From: Ascoidea asiatica JCM 7603
Lineage: Eukaryota > Fungi > Ascomycota
Length of the DNA stretch: 64,000 nucleotides
NCBI GenBank assembly: GCA_001600695.1
Contig: BCKQ01000008.1
Coordinates: forward strand, 405,031 to 469,030
Direction: 5' to 3'
This document shows positions 56,601 through 64,000 of the stretch, one piece after another (positions within the stretch are counted from its first letter, which is position 1; the number at the start of each line of letters is the position of its first letter). Made by a program: the position numbers and the translations under genes. The notes under the pieces are model-generated. The model was not told where the DNA came from. It searched no databases and worked only from the letters and a program-made list of their open reading frames with translations.

Positions 56601-58487
56601 TCATAGAAGAAACAAAGTAATGAAAATAAATGAAATATTGAAAATAAGACCATTTCTAGCAACAGAAATATCTTTAAATGGCTGTGAGCTTCCACTTGAA
56701 CTTGAGCTAGAGAGTGATGTTGAATTTGAAGCTGAAGTTGACGTTGATGGATATAATTTATAAAAATAATTTAAATCATCTGTATTGAAAACTGTAGTTG
56801 AAATGATTTCTTTGAATCTTTTTGTTTCAAAACTTGAAGTAATATTATTTCCATTACTATTTTGAATAGTTGTTGTTAACATATAATTTCTATGAACAAT
56901 AGTTGTTGTGATTTCTGTTGAAAAAAAAGAATTTGAAAATTCTTTTACTTTAGTTGCATCTAGTAATAAAGTTGAATTATCAGTTACTATAACCAAATTT
57001 TCTTTTAAACTTATTGAAGAATTAGTTGAATTTGAAATATTTGAATAAATTGAATTACCCAAACTAACAGTTTGAGAATCAAAATCAAAAACCATATATA
57101 ATTGATTTGTTATTGCAGTTCCTAATACAAAACTTTCAGAAGAATATGGGAAATTATAATTTGGATTAAGTTCCAATAAACTTTGTCTCTCATCATATAT
57201 TTTGTTAGTAAGCGTTGCTAAAACACCTGCAACAAGATATACTGTTTCGGTTTTTTGTTGAATATAAAAAAGATTACTAAGAGATGTTTTAATTTCAAAT
57301 CCTTGTAAATTTAGTATAACATCACTATCATTCAATTCATTAAAACAAGTAGTACTATCACCTTTTGAACCATTTTTGATAGAATAAATATTATCACAAA
57401 ATTTAAAAATTTCTGTTTTATTTATATTCAAATATATTGAATATGGTATTAAAGTAGCAGTATTATCAGATTTATTATTATTATTAAATGAAGAAAAATC
57501 TGGAATCACCGGATATCTATTTGCTCCTTCATTTTTAGTTGAATTACTTGAATTATTTGAACTACTCGAACTATTTGAATTATTTGAACTTATAAGTAGA
57601 TTATATGAAGCTTTTGAATTATAATAAGAAGTAAAATTTTTACTTGGTATTAAAGTTAAATTGGTTAAGGTTATTGCAACTGAATTATTAACCATTGGCA
57701 ATGTAGATAAATGATCATCAATATATTTTGATTTATCATAAGCACCAAATAAAACTGAACCATAAGAAGATATTGAAGTAGATGTTGAATTAGATGTTGA
57801 GTTAGATGTTGAATTTGAAGATTCAAGAACATTTGCTTCAGGAATTTGAAATATTGATAATATTTTTCTTTGAATTAAATTTTGACTTTTAAATTTATTC
57901 CAAATATTTTCAGTTATTTCATTTGATAAGTCAATTGAAGAATCATTATCATTTGTGAAATTAGAAAATAAACCTAATTGACCTCCACCATTTGTTAAAT
58001 CAATTGATTTATCATAATAATTTAAACCAAAAGTAAAATTTTCAATAGTTATAAGATTATTATCTGGATTTGAAACTGAGGAAATTAAATTTAAATTATC
58101 AGAAGACCAAATTCCAATTGGTGTTGATAAAGAAAATTGATCAAAAAATGCTTCATTTGATAAATAATTAAAAGTTTGAGAATTGAAATTATCAAAACCA
58201 AAATTTTCACAATTTGTTATAAGATATGTAGCATTTAAACATGATGGATTATAAATTGAGGTTATATATGAATTTGATGAAAATAAATTTAAATTTAAGA
58301 AAATTTTTTGAGATGGATTACCAATATTTGATTCAATTATACGATTTGCATATAATTCAATTTTGAAATAATTATTTGTATTTGTATTATTATCATTATT
58401 GCTACTGATACATTTAACTAAATTTATAAATAAAAAAGTTATTAGAAAAATCAAATTTTTGAAACCTACCATAGTGAAGTGATTCAT
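56601..58487 (-). CDS. Probably GPI-anchored yapsin-like aspartic-protease-fold protein lacking catalytic DTG motifs
   Basis: Signal peptide (ATG at 58487 or 58472); IGNPSQ, GSVLFGAYDKSKY, FVLG....QLYMVFDFDSQTVSLG; Ser-rich stalk and hydrophobic C-terminal tail. Confidence 0.8.
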   Translation of the reverse strand: MNHFTMVGFKNLIFLITFLFINLVKCISSNNDNNTNTNNYFKIELYANRIIESNIGNPSQKIFLNLNLFSSNSYITSIYNPSCLNATYLITNCENFGFDNFNSQTFNYLSNEAFFDQFSLSTPIGIWSSDNLNLISSVSNPDNNLITIENFTFGLNYYDKSIDLTNGGGQLGLFSNFTNDNDSSIDLSNEITENIWNKFKSQNLIQRKILSIFQIPEANVLESSNSTSNSTSNSTSTSISSYGSVLFGAYDKSKYIDDHLSTLPMVNNSVAITLTNLTLIPSKNFTSYYNSKASYNLLISSNNSNSSSSSNNSSNSTKNEGANRYPVIPDFSSFNNNNKSDNTATLIPYSIYLNINKTEIFKFCDNIYSIKNGSKGDSTTCFNELNDSDVILNLQGFEIKTSLSNLFYIQQKTETVYLVAGVLATLTNKIYDERQSLLELNPNYNFPYSSESFVLGTAITNQLYMVFDFDSQTVSLGNSIYSNISNSTNSSISLKENLVIVTDNSTLLLDATKVKEFSNSFFSTEITTTIVHRNYMLTTTIQNSNGNNITSSFETKRFKEIISTTVFNTDDLNYFYKLYPSTSTSASNSTSLSSSSSSGSSQPFKDISVARNGLIFNISFIFITLFLL

Positions 58488-59391
58488 ATTCACTTATTAA
58501 ATATTGTATCATAGAATAACACTGGCTAATCTTACAGATTTGAATAATTTAATATAAGTAAGGTTTTATGAATTGAAATAAAATAAAATAAAATAAAACA
58601 TATACTTTTTGTATTGAATAAGACCCTATGGTTCTCTTAACTTGTAGAATAAAGATAATTTCATCAGTTTATATGGCAATTATTTTTTTAAATTAAAATC
58701 GAGGCTAATTTTTAAAATCAAGTACCGTAACAAAAAATCAGATCTGAAAAAGTGTTTTAAAGGGTTTTTTTTCGCTGCTCACCAAAATAAATCCTGTTAA
58801 AAAAGTCTACATTGTTATACATATTTTGGAACAAATCTAAAGTGGTGTAGAAAATATTTGGTATATCTCTCTGTTAAACAAAACAAAGGATATTGTAAGT
58901 ATCGAATATGAAGATTCTAGCATTCAATTGATTTCTTTTTAAAAAGCTTTTTGATAGATGACTTTATAATTAAATTGAAAAAAGAATGTCTTAACCTTGT
59001 TTGGTAAAGTCATTACTTTTTCTTATCATTTTACCTTTTTCAAAATCCTTCAAAAATCAGATATAAGAAAAGCAAAATAGTTAGAATTATCACCAAAAAT
59101 CTGCCTCATAATTGAGAGTATAGTAATTTTTCATTGGAAACTTTTTGAAGCTAATCAAAATTAAAGATTCATTGTTGGATATAGACAAAAAAACTAGTGG
59201 GTTGGAATCATAAAAGTAAGAGCCTTCACTTTGGTATTTTTTTTGATATGTTTCCATTGAGCTATAGTGTATAATTCTCTTTGTAGGTTAACGATAATTG
59301 AGGCTGTAATTACATTATAATTTTTGTTTAGCTTTTGCTTATTGATACAAAAATAAAAAGAGCATTGGTTGAAAAAAAAGGGAACCTTTTC

Positions 59392-59463
59392 TGAGAGATA
59401 CGGGAATCGAACCCATGTCATCTGCTTGGAAGGCAAATATGATAACCACTACACCAATCTCCC
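59392..59463 (-). tRNA. tRNA-Gly(TCC), copy 2
   Basis: Identical to the 52793-52864 copy except position 9 (G vs A); T8 terminator about 12 nt downstream. Confidence 0.95.
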
Positions 59464-60883
59464 AAGCAATAAGCATATTTATTATATCCTTAATTTCAAT
59501 AAGTTATAAACAATTATAGTTTATAATGTTTATAATGTGTACGGCCATTATTTTTACCAAATTTATTAAAATTGAGAATGCATTTCCATACATACTAATA
59601 AACATGCGCACATGGCTAAACATAAACAAAAATCAACGAACACAAAGACAATGAAGTGTGGCTTAGCGGGAAATGAATTTACCCGGATCACCACCCCGAA
59701 TGCTTTTTAAACTTTGGGAAACGACCCCGAAAACCCGTGACTTCTGGTGCTGTACTAGTATGCACAGGATGAATTTGGTGGAATCTGCACTGCCCAAAAT
59801 TTTCCACAGTGTGGCGAAAATTGGCTCTTTGGCTCTGCAGTTTGGCTTTCAATTTAATATTTCAGTACTTCAGTATTTCAGTATTTTAGTATTTCATTGT
59901 AAGTCAGAAAGACTTTGAGTTTAATATTTTAATGGAATTCAATTGACAGAGATTAGTTCGAATATGAATCAAAGCCAAATGATATTCTTATTTGATCTTT
60001 GATTTGTTACTGTTTCGTTTGATCAATTTGGCAATACAATTACTTCAAGTTTTGAATGTTTGGAAAATACTTGCTCAGGAAAAATAAAATTTGGATTCTC
60101 AATTTTTGATATGATTCTTCCAAAGATAAAAAAAATAAATAAATGATAAAAACTTATTTTCAACAAAAAATGGTCTAGATGTATTGAATCAGTCTGATTT
60201 GAAATATGAAAAAGTCATGTCATTTTCCTCGATATCAGAATTTTGGAAATAATCTAGCTTTTGCCTTTTTCACCTCACAATAAAGGAAAGTAATGTCTTA
60301 AACTTGGTAATATTAGCTCGTTTACTTTGGTAATTTCCTAAAATATATAATATTTAATTATTTACACTTATATATTTATTATGTCAAAGATTTTCAGTCC
60401 TTGATATTCTAATTCTGGTTCAATGCAATTCCTTATAATGATTTCAATAATTGGTTAAAATGTCTTCAACCTTTTCAATTTTTAGAGCAATTTAATCCCA
60501 AATAAGATCCAAAAAAACAAAATATTTCCTTTGGCTGCTAGTTTTTTTTTAATTTTTAATTATTTTCATATATTCTTTTATCAGTTTAATAATCAAGTCA
60601 CAATAATTACATCAAAAACTGTTGTTTGAAACGTCTATGAGATCTATATTAAAGAAGCAAAAAAAGAGAAATGAATGAAAATATATGAGGTTTATGAATG
60701 CTTAATTTCATTTTCCTTTTCAAAATGAATAAATTTTCATTTTCATTTTCATTTTCTTTCTCATTATCATGTTTCCAAATTATTATAAAAACCTTTTATA
60801 TTTCCCAATTTTTCAAATGATTTTTTTTTGATTTTTTGATTTAATCTAGTTCATTCAAAATTATTTTTCTCTATTTTATCAAA

Positions 60884-63100
60884 ATGATTCAATTAAATAT
60901 ATTCTTATTATTATTTTTATCTTTAACACTTTTTTTAAAAAAATCATTGGCATCTTATGTTACAAATTATCCTCAAGAAAAATATTGGTTTTTAGGTTGT
61001 CAAATGGCAATTACAGAAAATGTTGAATATTGTTCAGATATTAGTACTTCATCTTATTATATGTATTCTGTTAGTACTTGTACATGTAATAATACTGTTG
61101 CTTTAAGTTCTTTATTAAATTGTGTTTATGATATATATGATAATGATAATCATGAATTAATTAATGATTATATTATTGAAATGTGTGAAAGTGTTGAAGT
61201 TTCAATTACAAATGATTTTTTGGAAGAAACATATTCAAATTCAACAAAATTTTTGGTTAATTTCAATAATTCAAAATTCGATAATTATAACAAAACTTCA
61301 GATTTATCTTATTTTCCAGTTTTAGTTGATAAAGATTATGCATTTAGAGCTTATAGTAGTTTTAAAGTAATGTATGAAAATGCTTATTATTCTTATATTT
61401 ATGGAATGGGATCAGTAATTTATTGGGCTTGTATTATGTTTATATGTTCTATTTTTCATTGGACAAAAATTATATTTCCAAGTTTTATAAATAAAATTAA
61501 TGGAAAAATTTCATCAATTTTAAGAAAATATATATTTTTACCAGCAACATTTAAAAAATCTCATGTTAATTCAAAATTAATTTTTAATAAATTTGATATT
61601 GGATTAATTCCAACAAGATTTGAATCAATTATTATTTTAATTTTTTGTTTAATTCAAATCCCATTTAATTCAGCTCATATTTATACAATACCTGGTGGAA
61701 ATCCAGTTAGAACTACAGTTGGTCTTGAAATTACACCATTACTTGGAATTAGAACAGGAGATGTTTCTACATGGTTTATACCATTAGTTTTTTTATTTGC
61801 AGGTAGAAATAATTTTTTAATTTGGATTACTGGAATAAATCAAGCAACTTTTAATGCTTATCATAGATGGATTGGAAGAATATTTACAATTTTAGCATTT
61901 ATTCATAGTGTATGTTATTTTACTAGAGCACGTTATAATCATAATATGATTGAATATTGTGCAAGACCATATTTTTATTGGGGTATAATTGCAACAATAT
62001 TTTGTGTATTAATGTGTATTCAAGGAATTTGGTGGTTAAGAAAAAATTATTATGAAATTTTTCTTTTTTTACATATCATTTTTGGAATAATGTTTTTAAT
62101 TGGATTATGGCTTCATTGTTATTTATTACAATCATATCCAGAATGGTTATATTGTTCAGCTTCAATTTGGTGTTTTGATAGAATTATAAGAATTTATAAA
62201 ATTTTAATATTTGGATTTCCAAAAGGTGAATTTAAAATTATTTCTGAAGATACTTTTAAAATTAGTATTAAAAAACCTAAATATTTTAAAATTTATCCAG
62301 GATCATTTTGTTATATTTATTTTCTAAGACCTTTAAAATTCTGGGAATCACATCCATTTACATCAATTTATATAAAAGAAGATAATTTAATTTTATTTTA
62401 TATTAAAGTTAAAGAAGGTGAAACTAAATATATATATGATTATATTAAAAAACAAATAAATGAAGAAGTTAAAATGAGAATTTGTATAGAAGGATCATAT
62501 GGAGAAAAAATACCATTAAAAAATTATTCAAAAATATTATTAATTGCAGGTGGAAATGGTATACCAGGATTATATTATCATGTTTTAGATTTAGTAAAAA
62601 ATTATTCAAATAAAAAAATAAAATTATTTTGGATTGTTAAAGATTGGAAACAAGTTGAATGGTTTTATGAAGAATTAATTAAATTAGAACAATATAAAGA
62701 ATTGATTGATATTATAATTCATGTAACTAGTGGAAAAAATATAAATTTAGAAAATTTTATAAATTCAATTGATGAAAAATCTTCAATTGAAGAAAAGAAA
62801 ACGTCAAAAGAAATTAAAATTGATAATGATAATGATAATGATGATAATTATGAATATGAATATGATTGTGAAGATAAAATTAATGAAATTTCTTCACTTT
62901 CTTTTATTGAATTTAAAATAGGAAGACCGAATATTAAAGATTTATTAAAAAAAGAAATTGAAACGAGTATGGATTCTATTGGAATTGCAGTTTGTGGTCA
63001 TCCAAAGATGAGTGATGATGTGAGATATAATGTATCAAAAATTGTTCAAACCACAAGTAATAAAAGAATTGATTATTTTGAAGAGAATCAAATCTGGTAA
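60884..63100 (+). CDS. Ferric/cupric reductase (FRE family)
   Basis: Signal peptide and Cys-rich N-terminus; FAGRNNFL, heme-His YHRWIGR/FIHS, FLFLH/LWLH; FAD motif WESHPFT; EGSYG; NADPH motif AGGNG; VCGHP; C-terminal EENQIW. Confidence 0.93.
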   Translation: MIQLNIFLLLFLSLTLFLKKSLASYVTNYPQEKYWFLGCQMAITENVEYCSDISTSSYYMYSVSTCTCNNTVALSSLLNCVYDIYDNDNHELINDYIIEMCESVEVSITNDFLEETYSNSTKFLVNFNNSKFDNYNKTSDLSYFPVLVDKDYAFRAYSSFKVMYENAYYSYIYGMGSVIYWACIMFICSIFHWTKIIFPSFINKINGKISSILRKYIFLPATFKKSHVNSKLIFNKFDIGLIPTRFESIIILIFCLIQIPFNSAHIYTIPGGNPVRTTVGLEITPLLGIRTGDVSTWFIPLVFLFAGRNNFLIWITGINQATFNAYHRWIGRIFTILAFIHSVCYFTRARYNHNMIEYCARPYFYWGIIATIFCVLMCIQGIWWLRKNYYEIFLFLHIIFGIMFLIGLWLHCYLLQSYPEWLYCSASIWCFDRIIRIYKILIFGFPKGEFKIISEDTFKISIKKPKYFKIYPGSFCYIYFLRPLKFWESHPFTSIYIKEDNLILFYIKVKEGETKYIYDYIKKQINEEVKMRICIEGSYGEKIPLKNYSKILLIAGGNGIPGLYYHVLDLVKNYSNKKIKLFWIVKDWKQVEWFYEELIKLEQYKELIDIIIHVTSGKNINLENFINSIDEKSSIEEKKTSKEIKIDNDNDNDDNYEYEYDCEDKINEISSLSFIEFKIGRPNIKDLLKKEIETSMDSIGIAVCGHPKMSDDVRYNVSKIVQTTSNKRIDYFEENQIW

Positions 63101-63605
63101 TCATATTTTCAGTTATAATTCATAAAAAGATACTTTAATGATTCCTGTATTTGATAATAGTACTGACAAACTAAATCCAAGCAATTATTCTCCAGATTAG
63201 AACCAAATCATTATAGTAATTATATAATAAATAGATGATAAATAGATGATAATTGTATAATAATTGTATTTTGAATAAAACTATTTTATTTTAGAAGCAA
63301 ATTAAGATTGAAAAGAGTCCGTTTTTGCGGTACTCCTTTAATTTTTGTCTTTTGTTTGTTCTCCGAGAAGCTGTTTGTGGAGTGAGAAATAGAAAAAAGC
63401 TGATTTTGTTTATAAACAAAGAAGAACTGAATATTTTTGTTTATATTTGTTTATATTTGAATATGTTTGAAGATATTTGTTTTTATTTGAGAGTGTTTTT
63501 ATATAAAAAGAAAGAGAATGAATGAATGAAGAGATTAATTGATTGATTGATGGTATCCTTTAGTTGTGTATTCAGTGGATTAGAAGTATATCAAGTGGTT
63601 TCAGA

Positions 63606-64000
63606 ATGTCAATTATCGATTTCATGGAACAATTTAGTCGCAGTTTAGGTTGTCCAAAGGAGTTCACAAATTTAAAATTCTTTGATAGTATCAATGAATT
63701 GGATTTAATTGATTCAAAAAGTGATATGAATGATAGAGATGAAAATGAAAATAATAATGATAATAAAGATATAAAAGAGAAAAGAGAAGAATTAAATCAT
63801 TTATCAAAATTTATTAAAATTGAAGAATATTATTTTTTATTATCTAAACTTAAAGTTCAAAAAGAAAGTCTTTGTGAAGAAACTACAAAAAATCAAAATT
63901 TTATAAACTTAATAAAATTCTTTGAAAGAATTGTAAATGAAATTAATGATGAAAAATCTAATAAATTAAATAAAAATGAATTAAAATTTGATATTTTTTT
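63606..64000 (+). CDS. 5' part of an unidentified gene running off the window
   Basis: ATG at 63606 opens a stop-free frame to the window end (MSIIDFMEQFSRSLGCPKEFTNLKFFDS...NELKFDIF) with host-like codon usage; missing from the ORF track because it has no stop. Confidence 0.65.
   Translation, partial: MSIIDFMEQFSRSLGCPKEFTNLKFFDSINELDLIDSKSDMNDRDENENNNDNKDIKEKREELNHLSKFIKIEEYYFLLSKLKVQKESLCEETTKNQNFINLIKFFERIVNEINDEKSNKLNKNELKFDIF

Noticed and set aside
59194-59436. 80-aa ORF
   Set aside because: It starts inside the tRNA-Gly gene; spurious.
52793-59463. LTR retrotransposon or DNA transposon near the tRNA genes
   Set aside because: No TG...CA LTR pair, terminal inverted repeats, gag/pol or transposase ORF is visible.

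Overview
Very AT-rich, intron-poor budding-yeast (Saccharomycotina-like) nuclear DNA with pervasive poly-Asn coding tracts and short GC-rich promoter islands. An Ascoidea-like origin is a low-confidence inference. The window holds about 24 protein-coding genes, including PCP1, a velvet-domain regulator, an ACS-family MFS permease, DUR31, PRP39/42-like, TRS65, two RTA1/RSB1 paralogs, STR3-like, two Zn2Cys6 factors, EHT1/EEB1-like, JAC1, HEK2, RKR1/LTN1 plus a truncated paralog, three aspartic-protease-fold genes and a FRE reductase. It also has three tRNA genes: Met-CAT with an intron and two Gly-TCC. Highlights: (1) a complete TPP riboswitch aptamer lies inside the 875-nt intron of a DUR31-type transporter that the ORF track splits, next to an internal branchpoint/3' splice site whose use gives an immediate stop codon; (2) four secreted or GPI-anchored aspartic-protease-fold modules all lack the catalytic DTG motifs, including a two-module fusion, and two of these genes lie between direct-repeat tRNA-Gly genes; (3) a velvet-domain protein occurs in a budding yeast; (4) a divergent LTN1 has a RING-less tandem paralog; (5) a palindromic 10-mer array with exact 17-nt phasing and variable spacers sits in a divergent promoter.
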